DNA of 64,000 bases from a virus: positions 32,001 through 96,000 of the IMG/VR virus record IMGVR_UViG_3300021963_000047. One strand, 5' to 3'. Of this stretch, positions 1-9,757 are shown one piece after another. The translations under genes and the position numbers were made by a program. The notes below the pieces were generated by a model, which saw nothing but the letters and a program-made list of their open reading frames with translations, ran no database searches and was not told where the DNA came from. Position 1 is the stretch's first letter. Each line of letters starts with the position of its first letter.

Positions 1-1152
1 AGTGAAAGTATATTTAAACCATTTAGATCAGCAGAACTTATAATTATAGACAATAATAATATAGCTAAACAACTTAAATTAAAAGGAAATGAAGATATAA
101 GAATAGCCTTTGATGCTGGATCAGGAAAAGTGTACGAAGCTAAAATGAAAGTTGTATCTCCAGAAGGAGCTAACTATTCTCAGAACATGAGATTTCAAGG
201 ATTTAAATTAAATGCTGTAAGCGAAAGCTTTTTTAGAAACAAAACTAGTACAGTACAAAAATCATTTAAAAATATAACTGGCACCGATGCTATTAAAAAA
301 ATTCATGAAGAATATAAACTTGGTGGATCTCTTAATGCTACGGCAAGTAAAGGATTTATTGGTGAGAATGAACCATATATCGTATCAAATTTAAATCCGT
401 TTGATGCTATACAAGGTATTAGAACTAGAATTAACTCTGAAAAATACAAGACAGGTGCTTATGCATACTTCGAAGATGCTGATGGAAACTTTACATTAAA
501 ACCATTAGAAGAATTATTTGATACATTACAAGCACAGGCCCGCTTAACACATAAACCAACTATGGGTGAAAATTTTAAAGATATGTATGCACAAGGATAC
601 AATATTATTGGATTTCAAGAAGGCGCTTCGTTTAATTCTGGAACAAGATTTGATATCACTGATGTTTTAAATGCAAGAAAATCTGCAAAAGTTAGTACGT
701 TTGATACTGTTCAAGCAAAATATCAAGAAGGTAAAGTAAAAGATCCGCAAGAAGCTAAGAAAGCTGGTTACTATAATGTTAATGATAACTATGGTACACA
801 AGATCCAAGATCAACTACATTAATACCGCATGATAAAAGATTAGAAAAAAATAACGTACAAGCTGAAAAAAGTGCGGACGAACAGAGATTTATACAAGAA
901 GTAAAAAACGGACCGGCTGCTACTATACAAGTTATGTTGGATTCCGGTATTAATTGCACAGTAGGAAAAGGTGTCAATGCTAAACTTGCAGAACCAATTG
1001 GTGATATGTCAACGATGAGTTCTGGCAATCCTTTGGGTGGTGATATGTTAGTTGTTAATTTAAAACATATTATTAAAATGACCGGTGATAAACCGAGAGC
1101 AACTACAACTATGGAACTCGCCAAGGGCGGCATGAATAAAGGAACTACATAA
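1..1152 (+). CDS. Baseplate hub/tail protein (gp27-like), 5'-truncated by the window edge
   Basis: Frame 1 is open from base 1 (SESIFKPFRSAELIIIDNNN...KGNEDIRIAF), so the listed GTG at 130 is internal. The C-terminus GDMLVVNLKHII...TMELAK resembles hub/late-control proteins, and the gene sits directly upstream of gp5. Confidence 0.6.
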   Translation, partial: SESIFKPFRSAELIIIDNNNIAKQLKLKGNEDIRIAFDAGSGKVYEAKMKVVSPEGANYSQNMRFQGFKLNAVSESFFRNKTSTVQKSFKNITGTDAIKKIHEEYKLGGSLNATASKGFIGENEPYIVSNLNPFDAIQGIRTRINSEKYKTGAYAYFEDADGNFTLKPLEELFDTLQAQARLTHKPTMGENFKDMYAQGYNIIGFQEGASFNSGTRFDITDVLNARKSAKVSTFDTVQAKYQEGKVKDPQEAKKAGYYNVNDNYGTQDPRSTTLIPHDKRLEKNNVQAEKSADEQRFIQEVKNGPAATIQVMLDSGINCTVGKGVNAKLAEPIGDMSTMSSGNPLGGDMLVVNLKHIIKMTGDKPRATTTMELAKGGMNKGTT

Positions 1153-2135
1153 TGAATTTTTTCTGGGCAGAAATTGTTGATGTTGAAAAAGATGATGAAA
1201 AATCTGGTAGAGCAAAGATTAGAATTTTTGAAGATCAAACAAGACTTAAAGATGATGAATTAAGATATGCTAGACCTGTTTTTCCTGTTACTTCTACTTC
1301 TGTAAAGGGTGCTGGATCAACACCGGGTTATCAAAAAGGTAGTAGAGTACTCGGATTCTTTCTAGATAATGATAATCAAATACCTTATATACTTGGTACT
1401 ATACCTAGCGCTGGTAAACCAGGAAGTCTAAGTCAAGAAGGCAGAGATATACCTCTTGGTATTTCTAAAGACCCTGGCAAATTTAATATTAAAACTGAAG
1501 ATATAAGATATGTTACATCCGGAAATTTAGATGATAGAAAACTTGATAATAAAAGTATAATACAATATGCAAAAGTAGAAGCAAATGGCCCATCAAAATT
1601 TGCTGATGTAAAAACTATAGCAACACAAGTTCCTTTTGGTAAAAATGCTACTGATGTAATTAAAAAAGTTGATCCTAAAAATAGTGCCGGTGTTTTAGGT
1701 CCAAGCGTTTTAAGCATGTTAAAAGCATTTCAAAGTTCTCCTGCAGCAAAATTAATTACAATGCTTGTTGCTTCTAATTTTTCTGCAGTATCTAGTCAAA
1801 TAAAATCAAATAATACACAAAGTACAAATGATAATCTTATTAATCAATTAATGGCTTTATTAGATTTAATTAATAATGTCTTAATAGTAATAGGAAAAGT
1901 AACACCACAAGATGCTCCAACATTTAGAAAAAATGTAAGCAATATAAAAGAAGCTACTGATGGTTTATCAACTTCATTATTCTATCAAGATCAATGTAAT
2001 ATTATAGTTAAATTAGGAAACACTCTTTATGATACTCCTAATGATAAGTTATTAGAATTAATTGCAATTATAATTACTGAATGTCAAAGATTAAAAAATA
2101 CAGTTAATCAAGAAATTGAAAGATTAAAGAGATAA
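1152..2135 (+). CDS. Baseplate hub gp5, N-terminal OB-fold part (no lysozyme domain seen)
   Basis: FFWAEIVDV..D..SGRAKIRIF...GSRVLGFFLDND.QIPYILGTIP is the gp5 OB-fold signature. It is followed by a helical-looking tail. Confidence 0.8.
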   Translation: MNFFWAEIVDVEKDDEKSGRAKIRIFEDQTRLKDDELRYARPVFPVTSTSVKGAGSTPGYQKGSRVLGFFLDNDNQIPYILGTIPSAGKPGSLSQEGRDIPLGISKDPGKFNIKTEDIRYVTSGNLDDRKLDNKSIIQYAKVEANGPSKFADVKTIATQVPFGKNATDVIKKVDPKNSAGVLGPSVLSMLKAFQSSPAAKLITMLVASNFSAVSSQIKSNNTQSTNDNLINQLMALLDLINNVLIVIGKVTPQDAPTFRKNVSNIKEATDGLSTSLFYQDQCNIIVKLGNTLYDTPNDKLLELIAIIITECQRLKNTVNQEIERLKR

Positions 2136-2138
2136 AAT

Positions 2139-2669
2139 ATGGCTATAAAAAGAGATGAAGAGAGAGTACCTAATACTACATTTAATGCGCAGTACTCAAA
2201 AGTTAGAATAGAAGAAACACCTGGAGGTCATAAAGTAACGTACGATGATACTCCAGGTTCCAGAAGATATAGATTAGAACATCCATCTGGCACTTATACA
2301 GAAATTTCTGAAGATGGTAAAGTTGTACAAGTTAACGTAGCTAATAGGCATGTTTATGATAAAGGTGGTTTAACTCTTTCTATTCAAGAAAACGGTGATA
2401 TAAAAATAGGCGGAAGCGCAAGGCTTTCTATTGGAGACGGTGCTCATATAGAAATAGGTGGAGATGCTGCCATAGCTGTAGGTGGAGATGCTATTATACA
2501 TTCACACGGCAATTTAAAAATGGGAGCAGCAGATGTCTATATTGGATCTAGAGGAAACATGGATTTAAATTGTTCAGGCAATTTTAATTTATTAGTTGGC
2601 GGCACTACAAATATAGCATCAGATGGTAATATGACACAATCTGCACCACGTATAGATCTTAATAAATAA
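2139..2669 (+). CDS. gp5 C-terminal spike (beta-helix) protein
   Basis: ETPGGHKVTYDDTPGSRRYRLEHPSGTYTEISEDG, then 8-residue V/I-x-G-D/N repeats, ending RIDLN. Confidence 0.85.
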   Translation: MAIKRDEERVPNTTFNAQYSKVRIEETPGGHKVTYDDTPGSRRYRLEHPSGTYTEISEDGKVVQVNVANRHVYDKGGLTLSIQENGDIKIGGSARLSIGDGAHIEIGGDAAIAVGGDAIIHSHGNLKMGAADVYIGSRGNMDLNCSGNFNLLVGGTTNIASDGNMTQSAPRIDLNK

Positions 2670-2679
2670 GAGATAAACA

Positions 2680-3000
2680 ATGCCCGCAGTAGCCAGAAAA
2701 GATAGTGAAGACACAGTAGCATCTCCTGATGGTTCAGGAATTTGCTGTTCAAGTGCATCTATACAGTCTACTGATATAGGCTCAAGCGATGTTTTTGTTA
2801 ATGGCATAGGAGTTGTAAGAGAAGGAGATGCTATGATAACTCATGATTATCCAGGACCTTGTTGTAATCCACATGCTCCAGTTCTTTCATCTTTTTCATC
2901 TACTGTATTTGTTAATGGTAAAGGTTTGGGAAGAAAAGATGATGCGTATGGTGGTGATCATATAATATCATCTGGTTCAAGTAATGTATTCGCAGGATAA
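2680..3000 (+). CDS. PAAR spike-tip protein (gp5.4-like)
   Basis: MPAVARKD, GSSDVFVNG, SSTVFVNGKGLGRKDD, GSSNVFAG and Cys/His candidate metal ligands. It follows gp5C. Confidence 0.9.
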   Translation: MPAVARKDSEDTVASPDGSGICCSSASIQSTDIGSSDVFVNGIGVVREGDAMITHDYPGPCCNPHAPVLSSFSSTVFVNGKGLGRKDDAYGGDHIISSGSSNVFAG

Positions 3001-3004
3001 CTAA

Positions 3005-3424
3005 ATGGCACGTTCGGACAAATATACCAGTTTAACAAATAAACCAATATATTATAGTGATTTTACTACTAATCTGGATCTTAATATGAGCACTGGATTT
3101 CTAGCAAAAACAACAAATGAAAATTCTGTAAAGAATTCTATAAGAAACATAATCTTTACAAGAAACGGTGAAAGATTTTATCAACCCTCTATAGGTTCAA
3201 AAGTAAGTGCATTATTGTTTGAATTGATAGATGATCCGACATCTATTGCTCTTAAAAATACCATAGCAGAAGCCATAGAAAATAATGAACCCAGGGCAAA
3301 TATACAAACTATAGATCTATATCCTGATCCGGATAGAAATGGTTATTATATTAAAATAGTTTTTAACATTATAAATATCCCTGAAGATATAGTTTTAAAT
3401 TTTTTCTTAGATAGAGTAAGATAA
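3005..3424 (+). CDS. g25: Baseplate wedge subunit gp25
   Basis: SVKNSIRNIIFTRNGERFYQPSIGSKVSALLFE...IENNEPRA motif. Confidence 0.92.
   Translation: MARSDKYTSLTNKPIYYSDFTTNLDLNMSTGFLAKTTNENSVKNSIRNIIFTRNGERFYQPSIGSKVSALLFELIDDPTSIALKNTIAEAIENNEPRANIQTIDLYPDPDRNGYYIKIVFNIINIPEDIVLNFFLDRVR
3370..3377 (+). promoter_or_regulatory. T4-type late promoter TATAAATA upstream of gp6
   Basis: Exact consensus about 50 nt before the gp6 start. It lies inside g25, so it could be a chance match in AT-rich DNA. Confidence 0.5.
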
Positions 3425-5217
3425 TGGCAAATAGTTCTATAAACCTAGTCGGTTTAGATTTTTCAGATATTAAACAAGACTTTAAAAATTACTTAAAGTC
3501 ACAAGACCAATTCAAAGACTATGACTTTGATGGATCTAATATGTCTGTACTTATGGATCTTTTGGCATACAATACATATAAGAATGCATTCTATCTAAAT
3601 ATGGCCGTCTCTGAAGCTTTCTTAGATTCATCACAGATGGAAGCTTCTGTATTATCACATGCTAAAGAACTCAATTATATTCCAAGATCTGCGCGTTCTT
3701 CGAGAGCAAAGATTGTAGTAAATTTTCAAGCTTCTGGAGACAATCAACCGTATACGGTTGAAAAGGGTACATCATTTACTTCAATCATAAAGAATGAGTC
3801 TTTTATTTTTACTATACCAGAAGCACTAAGTGTATCTTCTACAAACACTACGTTTAGTTTTGAAACATATGTGTATGAGGGTGTTTATTTAAAAGACTCC
3901 TATATTGTTGATACATCAATAGATACTCAAAGATTTATATTAACAAATAAAAATGTTGATACTGATAGTTTAGTTGTTACAGTATATGAAGATGGTTCAG
4001 ATATTGGTGAAAATTACACCATGTCTTCAACATTATTAGATTTAAATTCAACAAGTAAAGTTTATTTTCTACAGGCTAGTGATCTAGGAAATTATGAAAT
4101 CATTTTTGGTGATGATATAATTGGCAAGAAGCCTAAGAATGGTGCTAGAGTTGTATTAGACTATAGAATATCTAATGGATCTAGAGCAGATGGTTCAAAA
4201 GAATTTTCTATAAATTTTGACCCAACAAACGGTGAATTATTAGAAACTCCAGAAATAGAAGTAGTTGAAAATTCTATTGGTGGATTTGAAAGAGAATCTC
4301 TTGACTCTATTAAGTATTATGCACCAAGACATTTTCAAGTACAAGAAAGAGCTATAACAACTTCCGATTATGAAATCATTTTAAAAACTAAGTTTCCGGA
4401 AATTAATACATTATCTGTATATGGCGGAGAAGAAGTAGATCCTCCTAGATATGGTAAAGTGTTTATAGCTATTGATGTTTCTAATGTTGATGGCATTCCT
4501 GAAAATAGAAGAAATGAATATTATTCTTTTATAAAAGCAAGATCACCTCTTTCTATCGATCCAGTTATAGTTGAACCTATATTCACGTATCTATCAATAG
4601 ATTCTAAAGTAAGATATAATATAAACATTTCCAAATCAACACCAGATAGATTAAAAACATTAGTTACACAAGCTATACTAAATTATAATCAATTATACTT
4701 AGATGATTTTAATGCTACTCTTAGAAATAGTAAGTTAAATTTTGCTATAGATTCTTCAGATTCAAGCATAGTAAGTAATATTACTGATGTATTAATCTAT
4801 AAGAAAATAATCCCATCTTTAGAAACAGCACAAAATATCGATATATCATTTAACGTAGCTTTAACAGATGATTTACCTCTTCTATCTGACAGTCATCCAT
4901 CTACAGATAGACATACTGTGTCAAGTAGTTTATTTAAATATAATGGCATAGATGTCAGTATTGAAGATGATGGACAAGGAAGCTTAAGAATAGTACAACC
5001 AATAGGTGACATACATAAAAAAATTAGAGATGTTGGTACCGTTGATTATGCAACCGGTCTTATAAAATTAATTAATTTTTCTGTTGATAGCTATCAAGGA
5101 AATGAAATCAAAATATATGCAAGACCAAAAGATAGCGATATTACTGTAGCAAAAAATACGATATTAACTATCGAACCAACTGAAGTAAAAGTAAAAGTTG
5201 AAGCGGTTAGAGTTTAA
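3424..5217 (+). CDS. g6: Baseplate wedge subunit gp6
   Basis: LDFSDIKQDFKNYLKSQDQFKDYDFDGSNMSVLMDLLAYNT, QERAITTSDY and GTVDYATG motifs. Confidence 0.93.
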   Translation: MANSSINLVGLDFSDIKQDFKNYLKSQDQFKDYDFDGSNMSVLMDLLAYNTYKNAFYLNMAVSEAFLDSSQMEASVLSHAKELNYIPRSARSSRAKIVVNFQASGDNQPYTVEKGTSFTSIIKNESFIFTIPEALSVSSTNTTFSFETYVYEGVYLKDSYIVDTSIDTQRFILTNKNVDTDSLVVTVYEDGSDIGENYTMSSTLLDLNSTSKVYFLQASDLGNYEIIFGDDIIGKKPKNGARVVLDYRISNGSRADGSKEFSINFDPTNGELLETPEIEVVENSIGGFERESLDSIKYYAPRHFQVQERAITTSDYEIILKTKFPEINTLSVYGGEEVDPPRYGKVFIAIDVSNVDGIPENRRNEYYSFIKARSPLSIDPVIVEPIFTYLSIDSKVRYNINISKSTPDRLKTLVTQAILNYNQLYLDDFNATLRNSKLNFAIDSSDSSIVSNITDVLIYKKIIPSLETAQNIDISFNVALTDDLPLLSDSHPSTDRHTVSSSLFKYNGIDVSIEDDGQGSLRIVQPIGDIHKKIRDVGTVDYATGLIKLINFSVDSYQGNEIKIYARPKDSDITVAKNTILTIEPTEVKVKVEAVRV

Positions 5218-7709
5218 TGGAAGTAATAGAAAAGAAGATTTCCAACTTAATTGAAAATCAATTTCCTTCTTTTTATAAAGAGCAAGGACCAATCTTCATT
5301 GAGTTTGTTAGACAGTATTATAAGTGGTTAGAGACAGAGAATGCGTTAAAACATTCAAGAAATTTCTTTGACTATAAAGATATCGATGATACTACTGATG
5401 AATTTCTTGTTTACTTTAAAGAAAAATATTTAAAAAATATCCAGTTCGAAACTACTACAAATACTAGACAACTACTTAAACATACACTAGATCTTTATAG
5501 ATCAAAAGGTACTGAAAGATCTATAGATCTTTTATTCAAACTGGTATTTGGTGTTCCGGCTCATGTCTATTATCCAGGAGACGATGTATTTACTCTGTCT
5601 TCTGGTAAATGGAAGAAACAAAAATACTTAGAAGTAAATTTAAATAATATTAATACAGTTTTTTCTGGAGAAACTATAATAGGTTTAACATCTTCTGCTA
5701 CAGCATATGTTGATGCTGTAGTTAGAAAGAAAGTAAAAGGAAGACTTATAGATGTATTATACATCTCTTCTTTAAATGGTAATTTTGTAACCGGTGAATA
5801 TATTAATGTTGTTAATGACGGTGTTCTAGATGGAGATAGAAAAACGTTTATAACAGGTTCATTAAACTCAGTAATAGTATCTGATATAGGTGTTGGTTCA
5901 GATTATGCGGTAGGTGATATTGTAGATTTAAATTCTGTCTATGGTATAAATGCAAAAGCAAGAGTTGTATCTATTAATTCTGCAGTAGGAACTGTAGAAT
6001 TTGAATTAATTAATGGTGGTTATGCTTATACAGATAATGCTAGTATTTTAATATCTGAAAAAGTCGTAACATTATCAAATGTAGTTGTTTCTAATTCTCA
6101 AGTTAATAACTATTTTGAGATACTTAATAATGTTTATCAACCACTAGCAAATATAAACTTCTTAAATGCTAATGGTTATTTTACTTCTAATGATTATATC
6201 TACACATATCATTCGAATGGTTCTGTAAAAGGTGTTGGTAAAGTAATATCTACTTCTACAAACACCGATACAAACGGTCAAATTTATATAATCAAATATT
6301 CTGGTAACCTTCAAGCCAATGATTTTTATACTACCGGTAACACAATTGGCGCCAATCAATCTGTAGTAAATGGTTATGTTGATAAAACTGTGTCTGCTAA
6401 CGTTATTGGTGTTTCATCGAACGTAACTCTATACATTGCAAATACAAATAAATCATTCGTTAAAGATCAAATTGTATATCAAGTAAATGATAGTAACACA
6501 GTTACAGCGAATGGTACAATTTTAAAATATACTCAAACACTTGGTTCTAATGGTATCTTAGAAGTAGCAAATACGTTCGGTGTATTTAGATCTTCGCGTG
6601 CAATTTATAGTTCTAATAATTTAATTTCTAATCTAAGTTCTGTTGAACTTAGAGTTGGTTTGCATAGTGTTAATGGTACTTATACAACGTTTAATAATAA
6701 TTATTTTTATGCAAATGCTGAAAAGTATGACACTACAGCTGCAGTAAAAACGGTAGGTCTAGGAACTGGAGCTTCATTTACTATATCAAATGATATGATC
6801 TATGAAGAATATATTGATTTAAATACTGATTATCTTTCAGAATTTGCTAATACAGAATTAGATGTTGTTTATGGATTTGATGCCATGCCAACAGCAAATC
6901 TAACAACATTATTAGATGATGCTCTTTCTTTTGCTAATACACAAATAGGAAAAATTGCAGCAATTACTGGAATAAATCCTGGTTCCGGTTATAGCTATCC
7001 ACCATTTGTTTTAATATATGAACCTAAAACTTATCGCTATCAAAAGCAAGATAAAATATTAACTATTGCAAATAATACTGCTACATTTTTACCTGGTGAA
7101 ATAGTCACACAAAATGTTGGTTCTAATGCTTTTGCTATTGTAAAGAGCTTTAGTAATAATGAACTAAGATTGGAAAAACTAGTTTGGAATGATATTTTTA
7201 CTGTCACTACAAACTCTGCTACAAGAATATTTGGTGAAACAAGTGGAGCGTATGGTAATATAACAGCAATTAATATTGATTTTACTACAGAATATCTTGG
7301 ATTTAATGCAGTAGTTGATGATAAAGTACAGACATCTAATGGAGCTATAACACAACTTCAAATATTAGACTCTGGTTATGGATTTATTAATTCAGAAACA
7401 GTATCTATAACTTCATCAAATAATGACTCTCTTGCTTCTGGTATAGCAGTCTTAAGTAGACAGGGAGAAGCTCAAGGATTTTATAGTCAAAAGGGTGGTT
7501 TCTTGAGTGATCAGAAAAAATTATTCGATGGTAACTATTATCAAGATTATTCATATGAAATAATATCATCTGTCGTTCTTAATAAATATGAAGAAATGCT
7601 TAAACAGGTACTTCATTTATCTGGCACAAAATACTTCTCTAAGTATGAGTATGCTGAAGCGGCCAATTCAAGTGTTAATATTTTAGATGTAAACATTACG
7701 GTACAATAA
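5217..7709 (+). CDS. Baseplate wedge protein (gp7-like initiator)
   Basis: Lies between g6 and g8. Motifs NQFPSF...FIEFVRQYYKWLE, LYRSKGTERSIDLLFKLVF and YYQDYSYEI...VLHLSG. Confidence 0.75.
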   Translation: MEVIEKKISNLIENQFPSFYKEQGPIFIEFVRQYYKWLETENALKHSRNFFDYKDIDDTTDEFLVYFKEKYLKNIQFETTTNTRQLLKHTLDLYRSKGTERSIDLLFKLVFGVPAHVYYPGDDVFTLSSGKWKKQKYLEVNLNNINTVFSGETIIGLTSSATAYVDAVVRKKVKGRLIDVLYISSLNGNFVTGEYINVVNDGVLDGDRKTFITGSLNSVIVSDIGVGSDYAVGDIVDLNSVYGINAKARVVSINSAVGTVEFELINGGYAYTDNASILISEKVVTLSNVVVSNSQVNNYFEILNNVYQPLANINFLNANGYFTSNDYIYTYHSNGSVKGVGKVISTSTNTDTNGQIYIIKYSGNLQANDFYTTGNTIGANQSVVNGYVDKTVSANVIGVSSNVTLYIANTNKSFVKDQIVYQVNDSNTVTANGTILKYTQTLGSNGILEVANTFGVFRSSRAIYSSNNLISNLSSVELRVGLHSVNGTYTTFNNNYFYANAEKYDTTAAVKTVGLGTGASFTISNDMIYEEYIDLNTDYLSEFANTELDVVYGFDAMPTANLTTLLDDALSFANTQIGKIAAITGINPGSGYSYPPFVLIYEPKTYRYQKQDKILTIANNTATFLPGEIVTQNVGSNAFAIVKSFSNNELRLEKLVWNDIFTVTTNSATRIFGETSGAYGNITAINIDFTTEYLGFNAVVDDKVQTSNGAITQLQILDSGYGFINSETVSITSSNNDSLASGIAVLSRQGEAQGFYSQKGGFLSDQKKLFDGNYYQDYSYEIISSVVLNKYEEMLKQVLHLSGTKYFSKYEYAEAANSSVNILDVNITVQ

Positions 7710-9748
7710 TGGCAAAAAAATTAACAACAGTACACAATAAACATCATGTTGCTACCCAGTTCTTGGAATCTGTTTCTGAGACTACAAATACTGCATATTA
7801 TGTTTTTGTCGGTGATCAATATGATAGATCTTCTGTAAGAGAAATATCAGAATCAGATAGAGACATTATCATTGATACGTATCAAAATATGATAATGGGT
7901 AAAAGAGTTACGCCATCTGACATCAAATTAGGAATTAGAAATATTCCATATGTTTCTAATACAAAATATGATATGTATGATGATCAAGATCAATATCTAT
8001 CAATAAAAAACTATTATGTTGTTGTTAATGCTTCATCATACTATCACGTTTATAAATGCTTAGATAATAATGGAAATACGTATTCTACCATTACACCAGA
8101 TATATCTCATATATCTGGTGCTAATACAGAATTATATGAAACTTCAGATGGTTATAGATGGAAATATCTATTTTCTATAAGCTCTTCAGCAAAAAATAAA
8201 TTTGCTACAGATGATTATTTTCCAATAGTTGCAAATACTTCAGTTACAAGCAGTGCAGTAGATGGTTCAATCAATCTAATTAAAGTTATAGATGGCGGAA
8301 AAAGATATGACAATTATTTAGAAGGAACATTTAGTACTTCACATATTAAAATAAATGGTAATTCAGTATTATATGAAATTTCAAATTCTAATATTAATAC
8401 TACAAATACTTTTTATTCTAACTGTTTAATATATCTTAGCTCAGGTACAGGTATAGGACAATATAGAAAGATTGTTGACTACTTTACAAATTCTAATGGA
8501 AATTATATTGTAGTTAATAGTGAATTTACCACAGTACCTACCAATGGTACTGAATGGGAAATATATCCATATGTTAAAATAGTTGGTTCTGGGCAAACTA
8601 TTAATGCTGTCGCCAGAGCAATTGTGAATTCTAGTTCTTCTAATAGTATTCATAAGATTGAAATCTTAGATCCTGGAAAAAATTATAATTATCATGATTC
8701 AACTATAGAAGTATCATCTGTTGTTTCTACATCAGAAAATTTTAGACAAGCAAATGTTAGATCAATATATTCACCGCCAGGTGGTCATGGTTCTAGCATT
8801 GAAAATGAATTATATTGTAAAAATATGATCATAAGTGTTGAATTTGCAAACAGTGAAAGCAATACTATTTTAACAACAAATAAATTTAATCAAGTAGGTT
8901 TACTAAAAGATCCTCTTTTTACTAATGTACAATTAAATTTGGATAATGTTGTTGGTACTTTTACTCCAGATGAAAAAATAGTTAAGATAAATCCAATAAG
9001 AATTAATACTAATGCAATTAGCAATTCTACTTCTAATATAACATGCAATTCTGCTGCTTTTAATACGCAGTTACAAGCAGGTGATACAATCTATCTTAGA
9101 ACTAGTGATAGTACTGAACACTTTATTCATACTGTTAATAGTATTGTTAATTCTACAGTTATAACATTGACTACAAATACTTCAATTACATCAAATAATG
9201 TATGGATATATTTGGCAAACGTTTCATCTAATGGTTATCTTAGCGATATAAAAACCGCTAATTCTATTTTATTATCAAATGTACAAGGAATATTCCAGAC
9301 AGATGATACTGTTGTTGGTTTGCAGTCTGGTACAGTTGGTACTGTAACTACAATTTATAGAAATGACGTAGCAAAAGGATTTAATACCTTTATACAACTT
9401 GGCAAATTTGTTGGTAACTTAGTTTCTGGAACTTTTACTGAAAATGAAATAATATATCAAGGCAACTTAACTGCCGCAAACGCTACTCTTCACTCTGTAA
9501 TAAATACATCTAGTAACGGTATTCTTCTTTATGTAAGTAACACTGTTGGATCATTTTCATTTGGTAATGTCGGAAATGTATCTTTCACTGTTACAGGAAA
9601 TGATAGTTTAGCTGTAGCGCATGTGTCTAATTCATATCCTGGAGAATTGGTATATGGCTCTGGCGAAGTATTATATCTTAATAATATTGAAGCCGTTGAA
9701 AGAGAAGAAACACAAAAAGAAGTATTTAAAATAATTTTTGAATTTTAA
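7709..9748 (+). CDS. g8: Baseplate wedge subunit gp8 with inserted domains
   Basis: YHVYKCLDNNG, TSDGYRWKYLF, SPPGGHGS and SGEVLYLNN...EVFKIIFEF motifs. Confidence 0.88.
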   Translation: MAKKLTTVHNKHHVATQFLESVSETTNTAYYVFVGDQYDRSSVREISESDRDIIIDTYQNMIMGKRVTPSDIKLGIRNIPYVSNTKYDMYDDQDQYLSIKNYYVVVNASSYYHVYKCLDNNGNTYSTITPDISHISGANTELYETSDGYRWKYLFSISSSAKNKFATDDYFPIVANTSVTSSAVDGSINLIKVIDGGKRYDNYLEGTFSTSHIKINGNSVLYEISNSNINTTNTFYSNCLIYLSSGTGIGQYRKIVDYFTNSNGNYIVVNSEFTTVPTNGTEWEIYPYVKIVGSGQTINAVARAIVNSSSSNSIHKIEILDPGKNYNYHDSTIEVSSVVSTSENFRQANVRSIYSPPGGHGSSIENELYCKNMIISVEFANSESNTILTTNKFNQVGLLKDPLFTNVQLNLDNVVGTFTPDEKIVKINPIRINTNAISNSTSNITCNSAAFNTQLQAGDTIYLRTSDSTEHFIHTVNSIVNSTVITLTTNTSITSNNVWIYLANVSSNGYLSDIKTANSILLSNVQGIFQTDDTVVGLQSGTVGTVTTIYRNDVAKGFNTFIQLGKFVGNLVSGTFTENEIIYQGNLTAANATLHSVINTSSNGILLYVSNTVGSFSFGNVGNVSFTVTGNDSLAVAHVSNSYPGELVYGSGEVLYLNNIEAVEREETQKEVFKIIFEF

Positions 9749-9757
9749 GGGGTTTAG

